Source: Sulfolobaceae archaeon
GTDB taxonomy: Archaea; Thermoproteota; Thermoprotei_A; Sulfolobales; Sulfolobaceae
Length of the DNA stretch: 64,000 nt
Direction of reading: 5' to 3'
Assembly (NCBI GenBank): GCA_038893355.1
Contig: JAWARQ010000002.1
Span: 128,001-192,000, forward strand
Under the pieces are notes generated by a model, which was not told the origin of the DNA, ran no database searches, and saw nothing but the letters and a program-made list of their open reading frames with translations. Both the position numbers and the translations under genes were made by a program. Of this stretch, positions 20,922 to 32,047 are shown one piece after another (the first letter of the stretch is position 1; each line of letters starts with the position of its first letter).

Positions 20922-21710
20922 TTATGCTCCGAAATTTCTTTTTCGTTTTTGGTAAGACCTAATTGCCCTCCATAAGTCTATCTTTCTGAAGTCCGGCCAA
21001 TATGCCTCACAAAAGAACAGTTCTGAATAGGCTATGTGCCAAAGTAGGAAATTACTTATCCTTACTTCTCCTGAAGTTCTAATTACGAGATCTAAGTCTT
21101 GTAACTCTTCATCATAAAAATACTTTTTAATAGACTCCTCATTTATCTCTATTTGCTCATTACCCTTTTTCTTTTGGTCTTCCAATAATCTCTTTATTGC
21201 ATCAAGAATTTCCTGTCTACCACCATAACAGATTGCAAACGTAAGCCTTCTCTCATTATACTTTTCAGTTCGAGAGATCAATTGATTAATAATCTCTAAT
21301 AAATCTTTTGGAATTTGATCTAATTTTCCTATAAATTTTACTTTAATTTTATATTTATCTAAAAAATCACTATTATTTAAATCTAATAAACCTTTTCTAA
21401 CATGCTGATAGATGTATTGAAGCTCTTCTTCGCTCCTTTTATTACAATTTTCAGTAGAGAGTACAAAAACTGTAACTTGTTTAATTCCTAATTCTAGTAA
21501 CCACAATAATACCTCCTTTAATTTAAGATAACCATAATAGTAACCTTCATATAAACTTAACTTATTTTGCCTAGACCATCTTCTATTTCCATCAGGAATA
21601 ATTCCAACGTGCAATGGCATTGGGCCATTTTTTATTTGATTCCATAATATTCTTTCGTAAAGCTTATATATCGGTAATATTAACAATCCTTTAATTTTTC
21701 CAAACCACAT
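20922..21710 (-). CDS. uppS: Cis-prenyltransferase (undecaprenyl/polyprenyl diphosphate synthase family)
   Basis: [34 protein letters not shown]. Confidence 0.93.
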   Translation of the reverse strand: MWFGKIKGLLILPIYKLYERILWNQIKNGPMPLHVGIIPDGNRRWSRQNKLSLYEGYYYGYLKLKEVLLWLLELGIKQVTVFVLSTENCNKRSEEELQYIYQHVRKGLLDLNNSDFLDKYKIKVKFIGKLDQIPKDLLEIINQLISRTEKYNERRLTFAICYGGRQEILDAIKRLLEDQKKKGNEQIEINEESIKKYFYDEELQDLDLVIRTSGEVRISNFLLWHIAYSELFFCEAYWPDFRKIDLWRAIRSYQKRKRNFGA

Positions 21711-22729
21711 AGCTCTTCTATTAATGTTTTATATATTAGGAATCCCTTATATAATTCATCTAAAGATATAACTTCATTAGGTGTATGCTCAAGAGATGAA
21801 TCACCAGGACCTATCGTAATAATGTTTTCGGTCATTTTATATAATATATTCATATCACTAGTTCCTAACTTTCTTACTATTCTAGGTCTTTCCCCAATTT
21901 TCAAAATTGCACGCATAGTTGCCCTAACTAAGGGAGAAGATAGAGGGACCTTTACGGGCTTTATTTCCTGAAGTGTTCTAAAATTACATTCATTAAATAT
22001 TATTTTTAAATCTTCAAGAAGTTTTCCAATATTGAAGCCATAAGGATATCTTATATCAAAGCATATTTTTACTGAAGATGGAGTGACATTTATAGAATCG
22101 CCTGCTGAAATAATAGTAGGCTGAATAGTTGGGCTGTCAAAATTTTCATAATATCTCGAGATCCTTATTACTTTTTTCATAATTTCTAAGAGTAAATTCT
22201 CTCTAGCCGAAGATGAGTGATAAGAATTACCTTTACATAATAACTCTAATTGAAGTAAGCCTCTGTATTCTATAGCTATTTGATTATTCGTAGGTTCTCC
22301 AACTATAATATACTTGTAATTATACTTGCTTAATAATTCCTTTGCACCACTACTTTCTCCTTCTTCATCTGCTAGTGCAGCAACTGTTACATTGATTCCG
22401 TTTTCTTTCAGTACATAAGCTGTGAAAATCATAGAAACTAAAGGTCCTTTTGCATCTACTACACCCCTTCCAAAAATCTTACCATTATCTTCTCTAACTG
22501 GAATATAGCCAGGTACTGTGTCTATATGAGATACTAAAAGTATTTCTTTACTATTTCCAAGGATATATGAATTCGTATCTGAGATCTTCAATTCTAAATT
22601 TAAATCATTTGATACTCTAGTAAAGAAATTTTCCGCAAGCCTTTCATTTCCAGAGGGAGTATATATTGCTGCTAAATCAACTAATAGCTGCCTTAGCTTC
22701 TGTTTGACGAATTCCTTCTCGAATTGCAT
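21680..22729 (-). CDS. lysK: [LysW]-lysine/[LysW]-ornithine hydrolase
   Basis: M20 peptidase motifs [25 protein letters not shown]; operon context. Confidence 0.92.
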   Translation of the reverse strand: MQFEKEFVKQKLRQLLVDLAAIYTPSGNERLAENFFTRVSNDLNLELKISDTNSYILGNSKEILLVSHIDTVPGYIPVREDNGKIFGRGVVDAKGPLVSMIFTAYVLKENGINVTVAALADEEGESSGAKELLSKYNYKYIIVGEPTNNQIAIEYRGLLQLELLCKGNSYHSSSARENLLLEIMKKVIRISRYYENFDSPTIQPTIISAGDSINVTPSSVKICFDIRYPYGFNIGKLLEDLKIIFNECNFRTLQEIKPVKVPLSSPLVRATMRAILKIGERPRIVRKLGTSDMNILYKMTENIITIGPGDSSLEHTPNEVISLDELYKGFLIYKTLIEELCGLEKLKDC

Positions 22730-23867
22730 TTACCGCCATCTCCATATCATCTAATGAAATCATATACGGTGGAAGTAATCTAATAACAGTATTTCCAGCT
22801 TTTAAAACAAGAACTTTCATATCTTGTGCAATCTTTATCGCTAAGCCGGGGTTAAATCTTATATCAATTCCTAACATTAATCCTAAACCCCTAATTTCCC
22901 TTACTGCTTTTAAATCTTGTAACGATTCTCTTAACTTTTTCATAAAAACCTCACCCTTATATCTCGCTTGCTCTACTACATTCTCCTCCATAAGTGTCTT
23001 AACAGATGCTATTATAGCTGCAGCTGCTAGAGGACCTCCCCCATATGTACTACCATGATCACCTTCTTCTAATTTTTCTGAAATCCAGTCTGGTAAGAAG
23101 ACACAACTTACTGGAAATCCTCCGCCAATTGCTTTAGCTGAAGTTAGAATATCTGGTGCTACATTATAGTATTGATGAGCCCATAAATATCCAGTTCTTC
23201 CAAATCCAGTTTGTATTTCATCAAATATTAATATACTTCCAACTTCTGTCGCAACTTCCCGTAATGCTTTAAGAAATTCATGCTTAGCAGGAATTATTCC
23301 TCCTTCTCCTTGAATTGGTTCTACTATTATTGCTGCTACGTCCTCAAACTTATCTCTTTTTATTTCATCAATATTATTAAAATTTAAAAATTCCACATGC
23401 TCAAGCAATGGTTCAAAAGGTTCTCTATATTTCTTATTCCAAGTTACAGATAACGCACCTATTGTCCTACCATGAAATGAATTTTTAAATGCTATAATTT
23501 TTTTCCTTCGAGTAATTTTTCTTGCAACTTTTAATGCAAATTCTACTGCTTCAGATCCGCTATTTAAGAGATACACGTTATCCATTTTTTCTGGCTTAAC
23601 TAAATCTAATACTTTCTCTAATTCATCTCTTATTGGGGTTTCAAAAGCTGTAGATACTACATAAATCTCGTCTAATTGTTTCTTCAAGTATTCTATAAAT
23701 CTTCTATTTCTATGACCTAAAAAAGCAATTCCTATTCCAGTATGAAGGTCAAGATACTTATTACCCTTATCGTCCCACACGTATTGATCTTGACCTTTAA
23801 CTATTCTTATACCTCTACTCTGATAAAATCTGACTAGCTTCATCTCTTTAGCTCTACCTCTATACAC
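22677..23867 (-). CDS. lysJ: [LysW]-aminoadipate semialdehyde transaminase
   Basis: Class III aminotransferase: [23 protein letters not shown]. Confidence 0.93.
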   Translation of the reverse strand: MYRGRAKEMKLVRFYQSRGIRIVKGQDQYVWDDKGNKYLDLHTGIGIAFLGHRNRRFIEYLKKQLDEIYVVSTAFETPIRDELEKVLDLVKPEKMDNVYLLNSGSEAVEFALKVARKITRRKKIIAFKNSFHGRTIGALSVTWNKKYREPFEPLLEHVEFLNFNNIDEIKRDKFEDVAAIIVEPIQGEGGIIPAKHEFLKALREVATEVGSILIFDEIQTGFGRTGYLWAHQYYNVAPDILTSAKAIGGGFPVSCVFLPDWISEKLEEGDHGSTYGGGPLAAAAIIASVKTLMEENVVEQARYKGEVFMKKLRESLQDLKAVREIRGLGLMLGIDIRFNPGLAIKIAQDMKVLVLKAGNTVIRLLPPYMISLDDMEMAVNAIREGIRQTEAKAAIS

Positions 23868-24691
23868 TTAATTAGTTTCTCTGATATATTATAATTCGTA
23901 ACTCTTACGGTATTTTTAAATTCAGGGACAGGATTTACTTCGTTCACTAGATAACCATTTTCTCTATCTTCAAAAATATCAATACCTAAAAATAAACCTC
24001 CTATCGTATCCTTAACTTTTAATGCCAATTCTTCTAATTCTTTATCTATCTTCAATGGTTCTGCTTTAGCTCCTAGTGCGGTATTAGTTTTCCAGTTACT
24101 ATAATTTACCCTATATATACCGACTGGAGCTTCATCACCTATTGTAAATATTCTTATATCTCTATTAGGTTTATTTACATATTTTTGTATATAATAAATT
24201 GTTCTAAAATTAGAAACTGTATAATCTTGATATTCCATAAGATCTAGGAGATTATATTTGTCATAAGCTCTAGCAACCATTCTCCCCCAACTACCTTCAA
24301 TCGGCTTTATTACTACTGGGTATCCTAAATCTTCGGCAACCTTCAATGCATTCTCCTTATCAAAACTTATAGCGAAATCTGGTGTAGGAATTTTGTTTTT
24401 TCTTAAAATTAGGGAAGTAAAAAATTTATTATATGATTTAAATAAAGTTTCATAACTATTGATAACTTTTAATCCTAGATTCTCAAAGAGTACTGATGAA
24501 ATTAATGCCCTTGAATGACTTACACTTCTCTGTATAAAAACGTTAGATCCTAAAAAAACGTTAGATAACTTTGAAGAAAAACTAAAACTTTTAAGGTAAA
24601 CTAAGTTAACATTATGACCTAATCTCTTTGCTTGTGCTATTATATCCTTCTCTTCCCATCTTAACATATCATATATTACTCCTAAGTTCAC
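23840..24691 (-). CDS. lysX: Alpha-aminoadipate--LysW ligase
   Basis: RimK-like ATP-grasp: [23 protein letters not shown]. Confidence 0.93.
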   Translation of the reverse strand: MNLGVIYDMLRWEEKDIIAQAKRLGHNVNLVYLKSFSFSSKLSNVFLGSNVFIQRSVSHSRALISSVLFENLGLKVINSYETLFKSYNKFFTSLILRKNKIPTPDFAISFDKENALKVAEDLGYPVVIKPIEGSWGRMVARAYDKYNLLDLMEYQDYTVSNFRTIYYIQKYVNKPNRDIRIFTIGDEAPVGIYRVNYSNWKTNTALGAKAEPLKIDKELEELALKVKDTIGGLFLGIDIFEDRENGYLVNEVNPVPEFKNTVRVTNYNISEKLIKCIEVELKR

Positions 24692-24858
24692 TCTCCCCAG
24701 TCCTCTCCAATTTGTTCTGCTAATCTTAACGCTAGCTTACCATTATCGTTATATACCTCGAGCTGTGCACCACATTCATGCTCTATTAATTCTCCTGGCA
24801 AAGCATCATCTGGTACATTTACCTCCTCACTACATACTGGACATTTTAGCTTAGTCAT
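24688..24858 (-). CDS. lysW: Amino-group carrier protein LysW (56 aa)
   Basis: Manual translation MTKLKCPVC...HECGAQLEV...EQIGEDWGE*; canonical EDWGE C-terminus; absent from the ORF track. Confidence 0.96.
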   Translation of the reverse strand: MTKLKCPVCSEEVNVPDDALPGELIEHECGAQLEVYNDNGKLALRLAEQIGEDWGE

Positions 24859-24913
24859 ATTGGTCGAGTATGATGTTTTAAGTTTTGAGTTGAAAAAGTT
24901 TTATGAAAAAGAT

Positions 24914-24930
24914 GGTTTGAAGTTAGTACC
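24914..24930 (-). promoter_or_regulatory. Putative LysM binding site upstream of the lysW promoter
   Basis: GGTACTAACTTCAAACC, a GGT-N11-ACC pseudo-palindrome overlapping the lysM stop; same position as the characterised Sulfolobus LysM site. Confidence 0.65.
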
Positions 24931-25348
24931 ATACTCGCAAAACTATCGTACTATTCGTACCAACTATTCCTTGAATCCCTCTTATTTCGTCTATTGTTCT
25001 ATTTATTGAAGCAATACTATCCCCTCTTATTAATGCTATTATATCATAATCACCGGTAGTCTCATAAACAACTTCAACTCCATGGATCTTTATCATCTTT
25101 TTAGAAATTTCTGGAGTTGGTATTTGAGGTGTACTTTTGATCATAACTATTGCCTTTATTTCATTCTCTAATTCATACTCTATAGTGAACCTCTTCACAA
25201 TTCCTAATCTAATTAATTTATCTATCCTCTTTCTAACAGCGGTTTCACTTATCTTTAAATCTTTAGCAATAACAGTATATGGTGTTCTAGCATTCTTTTT
25301 TAACGTCTCAAGAATTTTTAAATCAACCTCATCCACTTCAGCCGGCAT
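24923..25348 (-). CDS. lysM: Lrp/AsnC family regulator LysM
   Basis: HTH NARTPY..IA..L.ISETAVRKRI plus RAM domain TGDYD, inside the lys cluster. Confidence 0.93.
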   Translation of the reverse strand: MPAEVDEVDLKILETLKKNARTPYTVIAKDLKISETAVRKRIDKLIRLGIVKRFTIEYELENEIKAIVMIKSTPQIPTPEISKKMIKIHGVEVVYETTGDYDIIALIRGDSIASINRTIDEIRGIQGIVGTNSTIVLRVWY

Positions 25349-26136
25349 TACTCTATCACCGTCCCATTAAGTTGTAAAGCGTTCATTATTGGATCTTTTT
25401 TGTATCCAGAGCTTATTATAACTCTTTTAACTCCTTTCTCTACTGCTTCCGCAGCCATTAGTAATTTTCTATTCATACCAGGGCCAATTTTTGCTGATAA
25501 TTCTCTTGCTTCATTAACTGAAAGTTTTTTTACTACTTCACCATTAACTAAAACTCCATCTACATCGGTTAGTAATATTAATGTTTCAGCTTTTATAGAT
25601 GTAGCTACTGAGAAAGCAGTTTGATCTCCATCTACATTAAGGGGTACCCCCTCATCTAGATCTAAAGCTATTGGAGACATTACTATCACATTAAATTTTT
25701 CTATAAAACCCTCAATTAAATCTTTTCTAACCTCTTTTATCTTGCCAGTATAGCCACCGTCGATAATTCTCTTCCTTCCTCTTTCGTCTATTATAACTAT
25801 TTTCTTCTTCCTTTCTGCTATTAATAGTGATCCATCAACACCGCTAAGTCCGATTGCAAATTTACCTTTAGAGTTTAACTTTGATACTATATTTTTATTA
25901 ATTAAGCTCATTGTCATTACATAAACTTGTAGTTCATCATAAGTAGTATATCTACTTCTTATACCTTCTGGAGAAGTAACAAATTTAGGTTCTATTCCTA
26001 ACCTCTTACTATACTCTGTTACTTGATCCCCGCCACCATGAATCAAGATAATTTTACCATTATAATTTACTATACTATCTATCAAATTATCTAGTGAATT
26101 TTTTATAACCCTACCTCCTGCCTTTACAACTATCAT
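25348..26136 (-). CDS. lysZ: [LysW]-aminoadipate kinase
   Basis: VVKAGG, HGGG, GGYTGK, NVDGD, GPGMNRK. Confidence 0.93.
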   Translation of the reverse strand: MIVVKAGGRVIKNSLDNLIDSIVNYNGKIILIHGGGDQVTEYSKRLGIEPKFVTSPEGIRSRYTTYDELQVYVMTMSLINKNIVSKLNSKGKFAIGLSGVDGSLLIAERKKKIVIIDERGRKRIIDGGYTGKIKEVRKDLIEGFIEKFNVIVMSPIALDLDEGVPLNVDGDQTAFSVATSIKAETLILLTDVDGVLVNGEVVKKLSVNEARELSAKIGPGMNRKLLMAAEAVEKGVKRVIISSGYKKDPIMNALQLNGTVIE

Positions 26137-26137
26137 T

Positions 26138-27196
26138 TTAGACAGGCCTCAAGGGTGGGATTTTTAAACCTTCGTCTTCAGGAAATCCGTTAGCTATATT
26201 AAAAGCTTGAACAGCTTGGCCTGCAGCGCCCTTCATCAGATTATCGATAGCCACAAATACCGTTAATCTATTTACCCTCTTCTCTATAGCAAATCCAATA
26301 TCAGCAAAATTACTTCCTATAACGTATTTAGGATCCGGATATGGGTGAATTCCACCTCTTATTACTCTTATAAATCTTTTTCCTTTATAGAATTCAACTA
26401 TCTTTCTCCAAATTTCAATTTCTTCAACGGTATCATTAAGTATAAAATGTATTGAAGCTAAAGCACCTCTTATACTACTAACTGCATGCGGTATTAAGCT
26501 TACTTTAATCTCATCTTCAGAAATTAAATTTAATTCTTGTTCTGCCTCAGCAGCATGTCTATGACCATCTGCATCGTATGGTCTAATTGCATTCTCTCTT
26601 TCTGGATGATGACTACCTTCAGTTGGTTTAGCACCACCTTCACTACTTCCAACTTTAACGTCACTTATTATGATATTCAAAAACTTCTTTGTAATACCTT
26701 TTATAATAGGTGCTGCACCTAATATTGTAGCAGTTGCATTACAGCCTGGAGCTGCTATTAATTTTGCCCCCTTTAACTCCTCATTATGAAGTTCTGGTAA
26801 TCCATAAACTGCCTTTTGGAGAAGATCAGGGTAAGGATGCTCATAACCATACCAAATTTTATATAATTCATGATTTTTCAACCTAAAATCTGCACTTAAA
26901 TCTATAATCTGGAGCCCTATTTCTAGAATCTTTGGAACATAATTTAATGAGACTCCATGCGGTAGTGCAAGAAATACTGCATCCGCCTTATCTCCTAATC
27001 TGTTTATAGATAATTCTTCAAAATTTTTAGAAATTAGCCCCTTTAAATTAGGATGAACAAGTGATACTGGTTTTCCTGCATATTCTCGAGAAGTTAAATA
27101 TGTTAGTTCTACTCTAGGATGAAAGAGAAGTAGTCTAATTAGCTCTCCTCCAGTATATCCAGATGCACCAATTATACCTATTCTCATCTTATTCAA
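26138..27196 (-). CDS. lysY: [LysW]-aminoadipate-6-phosphate reductase
   Basis: ArgC-like GASGYTG, DLSADFR, PGCNAT, DNLMKGAAGQA. Confidence 0.93.
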   Translation of the reverse strand: MNKMRIGIIGASGYTGGELIRLLLFHPRVELTYLTSREYAGKPVSLVHPNLKGLISKNFEELSINRLGDKADAVFLALPHGVSLNYVPKILEIGLQIIDLSADFRLKNHELYKIWYGYEHPYPDLLQKAVYGLPELHNEELKGAKLIAAPGCNATATILGAAPIIKGITKKFLNIIISDVKVGSSEGGAKPTEGSHHPERENAIRPYDADGHRHAAEAEQELNLISEDEIKVSLIPHAVSSIRGALASIHFILNDTVEEIEIWRKIVEFYKGKRFIRVIRGGIHPYPDPKYVIGSNFADIGFAIEKRVNRLTVFVAIDNLMKGAAGQAVQAFNIANGFPEDEGLKIPPLRPV

Positions 27197-27249
27197 TTCA
27201 ACTACAAGACACGTAGTTTATAAATAATTATGAAATAAATATAGACTGA

Positions 27250-27708
27250 ATGTCAGAAAAAAGCATCAGTATAGATGAATTGAAAAAATATATAGAAAAT
27301 AAGATAAATGAAGTAGATAAAGAGAAACAATATTATGAATATTTATTATATTTACTAGAAAACTGTGAGCATACCAATTTCAGAGGTAGCAAAGGTCAAT
27401 CTGAAATAATAAAAAATAGAAGAGGAGAAATAATAGCTGAAGTTATTTTTACACCGCCACTACTTAAAATACAAACAAGAAAAGAATTGAGCTTTGATAA
27501 AAGGTTAATTAATCCTTTATATAGGATACTAGAGGAAGAGAAGATGAGAAATAATATAGATTATAAGATACGTACTGAAACAAAAAAAGCTGAAGGAAAT
27601 AAGGAAATAGTATTATTAAAAGAAATAATTATAGAGAATGTAAAGGATTTTGCAGTGTATCGAGGATTAAAGGACGGAATACAAGCTTTCTTGGAAAGGC
27701 ATAGTTAG
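27250..27708 (+). CDS. Hypothetical protein
   Basis: 152-aa ORF with an N-terminal coiled-coil-like segment; TATA upstream. Confidence 0.75.
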   Translation: MSEKSISIDELKKYIENKINEVDKEKQYYEYLLYLLENCEHTNFRGSKGQSEIIKNRRGEIIAEVIFTPPLLKIQTRKELSFDKRLINPLYRILEEEKMRNNIDYKIRTETKKAEGNKEIVLLKEIIIENVKDFAVYRGLKDGIQAFLERHS

Positions 27709-29468
27709 TTAATTAATTCAGTCTTTATTATTAATGGTCTAGGATCACCTAAAAATCTAATTAACGCCTCACCTCTCTGCAAGAAAGAGAGTTCTCTTTC
27801 AATCTCTTCTTCATTAATATTTACAAAACGTCTTATTTCCTGCCAGAACTTTTTATCACCATTATTCATAACCACTAAAAGCCCGACGTTATCTAAGTAT
27901 ATATTAGCTAATTCGCCTAAATCCTCAATATTCTGACTTGCCATTGCTATTGAAATTCCATGACCTCTTCCCCTCTTAACTAAATCAGCTATGATGGGAT
28001 AGTCATCATCCTCAGATTTTAACACCGTCCATGCTTCATCAACTACGATCATTAGCCTTAAATTTTCATCTACGGATTTAGAATATTTATTATATAATTC
28101 AGTTATAATTGAATATATTATAAACCTTCTAAGTTCCTCATTTTTTATTAAAGTTAGGTCAATAATGTTAATATTATCATCTAATGAATCTATTATATTG
28201 GAAATACCATTTTCAGTAATTTTTATTATGTTTATTATTCTTCCAAAATATGATAATAATTCATAATCTTCTAGATATTCCTTTAGTTTATAATATACAT
28301 CATCCCATTTTACAATCTTTTTATTATTATTTTCACTAACTACTTCCCTAATCGCTCTATATAGAATAGAGGATTGAATTTTGTCGATCTTGAAAGAATT
28401 ATAGATTATTCTCTCTATTTGTAAAGCCCTAATTTCAGGAAAAATATTATTTGTATTTAATAAATCTAAACGATATAATAATGGGGATAAATTTTTAAAT
28501 GGTATATTCCTCTTTTTTAAACGTAACTTTAAATCTCCTTTTATATCAAATAAAACAACTTTTATATCAAATAAAATTGACATTTTCACTGCTAATGAAA
28601 GTAAGAACTCCGTTTTACCAGAGCCTGTAGGTCCAATAACTAAGATATGCTGATTCTGTGAGTTATTAAAATTCCATAATATATCTACATTTGATTCAAT
28701 ATTTTTACCGAGAATTACACCATCATTAATAAATTCAAACCTAGGAGATTTAGGTATAGAAAATGGTGTTAAAAATGGTAATTGTGAAGAAATTGCAATC
28801 TTTTGTCTTTTTGAACTTGGATTAAGCTGTAAGATACTCAATATCTCATCAACTGTCGCTGACCTAGCTTTTAAACCAATCCCTTCAAGAGCCTTTTTCA
28901 ATACTGAAATTGAAGAATGAACTTCTTGCTCGTTCTTTTCAGTTATTATAAAGAATATACTATATTTAAATGGTAGTTCCCCCTCATTTATCTTTCCGAG
29001 TATAGCCTCGATTATCTCTAACTCTCTTTTAGCCTTCTCATTGCTCGGATCATTAGCTAAAATTATTCTTAAATTTTGAGCTTTATTTATTATTTTAGAT
29101 ATATAATCATTTTTATTAATATAAACTTTTTTAAATATAATATCCAATTCTTTAAAAGAACTAATAGCTTTATAAAAGGCATTTATTTTAGTCTTTATAC
29201 CGCTTTCACTAAAATCTCTATAATCAAATGGGATATCATCAATAACTACAATTCCCTTTACCCAATTTTTCCCTACTATTATTCCCTCTTTTATTTTAAT
29301 ATCTTCTGTAAATCTATTATTTTCCTTAAATAAAGATAAAATTTTTTCTCTAAATATTATTATTAAAAATATTATAGATAATATAATAAAAAATAATTGT
29401 TTTGTAAAGATAAACATAGAAAGCGATAAAATACTCAATATTAGTAAAATCTTATCATTCTCAAACAT
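27705..29468 (-). CDS. cedB: Membrane-anchored HerA/VirB4-like ATPase, probable DNA-import ATPase CedB
   Basis: N-terminal TM hairpin, GPTGSGKT, VVDEAW, RGRGHG, ASQ; lies between phi and lysY, as recalled for Sulfolobus cedB. Confidence 0.8.
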   Translation of the reverse strand: MFENDKILLILSILSLSMFIFTKQLFFIILSIIFLIIIFREKILSLFKENNRFTEDIKIKEGIIVGKNWVKGIVVIDDIPFDYRDFSESGIKTKINAFYKAISSFKELDIIFKKVYINKNDYISKIINKAQNLRIILANDPSNEKAKRELEIIEAILGKINEGELPFKYSIFFIITEKNEQEVHSSISVLKKALEGIGLKARSATVDEILSILQLNPSSKRQKIAISSQLPFLTPFSIPKSPRFEFINDGVILGKNIESNVDILWNFNNSQNQHILVIGPTGSGKTEFLLSLAVKMSILFDIKVVLFDIKGDLKLRLKKRNIPFKNLSPLLYRLDLLNTNNIFPEIRALQIERIIYNSFKIDKIQSSILYRAIREVVSENNNKKIVKWDDVYYKLKEYLEDYELLSYFGRIINIIKITENGISNIIDSLDDNINIIDLTLIKNEELRRFIIYSIITELYNKYSKSVDENLRLMIVVDEAWTVLKSEDDDYPIIADLVKRGRGHGISIAMASQNIEDLGELANIYLDNVGLLVVMNNGDKKFWQEIRRFVNINEEEIERELSFLQRGEALIRFLGDPRPLIIKTELIN

Positions 29469-29502
29469 TCTATAATCTTCTTTTTATTATTATACACCCT
29501 CG

Positions 29503-29508
29503 GAAAGT
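29503..29508 (-). promoter_or_regulatory. Putative UV/DNA-damage-responsive element (ANTTTC)
   Basis: ACTTTC just upstream of the TATA-like TATAATA of cedB; hexamer only. Confidence 0.5.
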
Positions 29509-29520
29509 CGATAATAATTT

Positions 29521-30153
29521 TTATAATTCAATATTAGCGTGTGCTAATCTTAAATCCTCCTCGGTTTTCTTTAATCTAACCATCAATTCGGCAATTACAC
29601 CGTCTAAAAATATTTGAGTAGTATCTTCAAACAGCGTTCCTAACGGCGCTAAAGGTTCAGTAATACCTAAAATTTGCCTAGCAAAATAATCCTCATTTTT
29701 CGAGTATTTTGTCCTGCCTGGAATTTCTATAACTATATCCGCTATCTTACCTAACGGACTGTCAATATAACTGGTTATCGCTATTAATTTTGCCTTTGCT
29801 TCTTTTCCTGCCTCTGCTGCAGTTAATATTAATTTAGTTCTTCCAGAACCAGATATTGCTATTATTAAATCTCTTTCACCAATTGGCGGTACAATAGTTT
29901 CTCCTAGCACGTAAGCATTAAATCCTAAATGTAACAATCTCATTGCAAAAGCTCTTCCTACAAGCCCGCTTCTTCCAGCACCCATTATTAGAACCTTACC
30001 ATTTCTATTATTAACATACAAATCTACGAGAGCATCTATCATTTTTCTAACTTGATCTGGCTTAATTAGTTTAGTAGCCCTTATAATAAATTCTGTAATA
30101 TCAAACATTGTTTTTATACTTAATGGTAAATCGAGGGATGTAGTTGATTCCAA
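29521..30153 (-). CDS. hxlB: 6-phospho-3-hexuloisomerase
   Basis: SIS domain: GAGRSG, FAMRL.HLG, ISGSG.T, PLGTLFE, HANIE. Confidence 0.93.
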   Translation of the reverse strand: MESTTSLDLPLSIKTMFDITEFIIRATKLIKPDQVRKMIDALVDLYVNNRNGKVLIMGAGRSGLVGRAFAMRLLHLGFNAYVLGETIVPPIGERDLIIAISGSGRTKLILTAAEAGKEAKAKLIAITSYIDSPLGKIADIVIEIPGRTKYSKNEDYFARQILGITEPLAPLGTLFEDTTQIFLDGVIAELMVRLKKTEEDLRLAHANIEL

Positions 30154-30217
30154 CTTTTTTCAATAGTGAATTGTATGTAGAATTTTAAACGTTAACTAGT
30201 ATTAACTTTTGCTAATA

Positions 30218-30898
30218 TTATTTTTTAATTATTTTACTTAAAATATGTAAAGGAGACTTTGGTGATGAGATTAAAACTACTTTAATTCCAATTGTTTCTA
30301 ACTCCTCAATAACTTTCATAACCTCTTCCTTCTTAAAAAACCTTTGACCAAGAGATTCTAATAGTTGTAAATTCTTCTCTGTAGCTATTATTATATAGGG
30401 TATTATTTTATCTCTATTCTCTTTAATATTTTTTAACAGTTCTATTGAATAATTTAACGCTAAATAAAAGTCCGCCGGGAACTCTAATCTAACTCTTATC
30501 TCGCTTAAACTTTTTCTGAAACTTAGTATTAAACCAGCCCTTACACCATAAGACTTAGCTATCTTTACCGCATCTTCTGATGAAAGATGTGCAACTTCTT
30601 TCCCAATTTTTGGTTTATCGCCTTTTGTGAATAATAATTCAAGGTTTAATGAGCTTGCAGTAATTGCTAGAGAATGTACATATAGTTCATTAACATCATA
30701 AAGCCTTTGATTTATTATAATTCTTTTTTCCTTTCCTAATCTCTCTCTTAAGATTGCACCTACCGCTATCGGTAATATATTAGGATTACCTAATGGTGAA
30801 TCAGGAATATCAAAGCCGTCGTACATGGATAGCTCATCAATTTCTCTTTTAGTCTTTTCAAGATTCTTATTTGGAACTAGTTCAACTAAATACTGCAT
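30218..30898 (-). CDS. Methylenetetrahydrofolate reductase-like flavoprotein
   Basis: VELVP, DIPDSPLG, TKGD resemble the MetF barrel; start moved to ATG 30898. Confidence 0.6.
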   Translation of the reverse strand: MQYLVELVPNKNLEKTKREIDELSMYDGFDIPDSPLGNPNILPIAVGAILRERLGKEKRIIINQRLYDVNELYVHSLAITASSLNLELLFTKGDKPKIGKEVAHLSSEDAVKIAKSYGVRAGLILSFRKSLSEIRVRLEFPADFYLALNYSIELLKNIKENRDKIIPYIIIATEKNLQLLESLGQRFFKKEEVMKVIEELETIGIKVVLISSPKSPLHILSKIIKK

Positions 30899-30941
30899 TA
30901 GGAAAGAGTTAATTAGAAGTATATAAAATAATTTTATCATA

Positions 30942-31430
30942 ATGAAAAGAAAGGAGAGGCAGTATGCTAAGAAATTTGATCTTTATTATCCTAACGATTC
31001 CTATGCAGGCTATGTAATATTTGATGGAATCTATTCTAAAATTTTTGATGAAAATAATAATCTTTTATTTGAAGTCTTAGGAAGATTTCCACCAAAACAA
31101 AGAAAAAATAAGGATAATTATGAGTGGATCGATAAGATAATAGAATTAGGTCTAGAGGACTGTAGAAAGAGATTTATCTTATATGTTGCGAGTAGATACC
31201 TTATTAACGTTAAAGGTCTGGATGATGAGAAAGTTATAGATATTTTGAGAGAATTTTATTATAAAAAAGGTGGAGGGAAAATATATGACTCATGGTTAAG
31301 GTCTGTGATAAAGGGTGTAAGGGAGAAGAAATTACTACCGTGGTCTCTCGATAAAATAAAAAATAAAGATAAGGAGTTATATAACATGATAATTAATAAG
31401 ATCAAAAATGATGCTATTACTCAGAAATAA
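30942..31430 (+). CDS. priX: DNA primase noncatalytic subunit PriX
   Basis: YEWI..I...GL.DCRKRFILYVASRYL.NVK, IYDSWL.SVI. Confidence 0.88.
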   Translation: MKRKERQYAKKFDLYYPNDSYAGYVIFDGIYSKIFDENNNLLFEVLGRFPPKQRKNKDNYEWIDKIIELGLEDCRKRFILYVASRYLINVKGLDDEKVIDILREFYYKKGGGKIYDSWLRSVIKGVREKKLLPWSLDKIKNKDKELYNMIINKIKNDAITQK

Positions 31431-31662
31431 TTGCTATTACATAGCCTTCTTTAATTGTTGCAACATCAGGATCTATATTAACTGCAGTAATCCTATCATC
31501 TATTTTAGAAAGATCAAGCAATAGTACATCAAAATTACTATATAACCTTTTGGCCAGGCTATATAAGAATTTAGCTTCATTTAGATCCTTAGTTATATCG
31601 AAAATAGCCGAACCTTGAAGTATAACTGGACCAAAAAATGATCTCATAGTATTATTTAACAA
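31417..31662 (-). CDS. Hypothetical protein
   Basis: 81-aa ORF convergent with priX. Confidence 0.65.
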   Translation of the reverse strand: MLNNTMRSFFGPVILQGSAIFDITKDLNEAKFLYSLAKRLYSNFDVLLLDLSKIDDRITAVNIDPDVATIKEGYVIAIISE

Positions 31663-31708
31663 CGAACCTTTTAATAATTATTGTTATTGAGTTAGTTTCA
31701 TAGAAGCC

Positions 31709-32023
31709 ATGATAACAATAAAAGTAGTCTTTACACCTACAGATGATCAAGGATTGTTAAGTCTAATTTATTTAAATGTTAATAAATTAAAAAACTTATT
31801 TAAAGATGAAATAAAAATATTGCCTGAAACAGATATTTTAAATAATGGTCCACCATATATTGAATTCTTAAATAAGAGAATATATATAAGTAATATTGGA
31901 GATGATCTAATAGAGATATTTGAGAGAATAATGAATAAAAAGGAGAATAATACGTTTGATGAAAATTTAATAAATTCTATAAAAAGAGATAAGTTACACC
32001 AAGATGGTGTTTATGCATATTAA
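31709..32023 (+). CDS. Hypothetical protein
   Basis: 104-aa ORF with upstream TATA-like element. Confidence 0.65.
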   Translation: MITIKVVFTPTDDQGLLSLIYLNVNKLKNLFKDEIKILPETDILNNGPPYIEFLNKRIYISNIGDDLIEIFERIMNKKENNTFDENLINSIKRDKLHQDGVYAY

Positions 32024-32047
32024 AGTAAACTACATAAAAGAATTTTA

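Noticed and set aside
27705-29468. Conjugative element suggested by the VirB4-like ATPase
   Set aside because: Flanked by core genes with no integrase, att sites or other T4SS genes; fits chromosomal cedB
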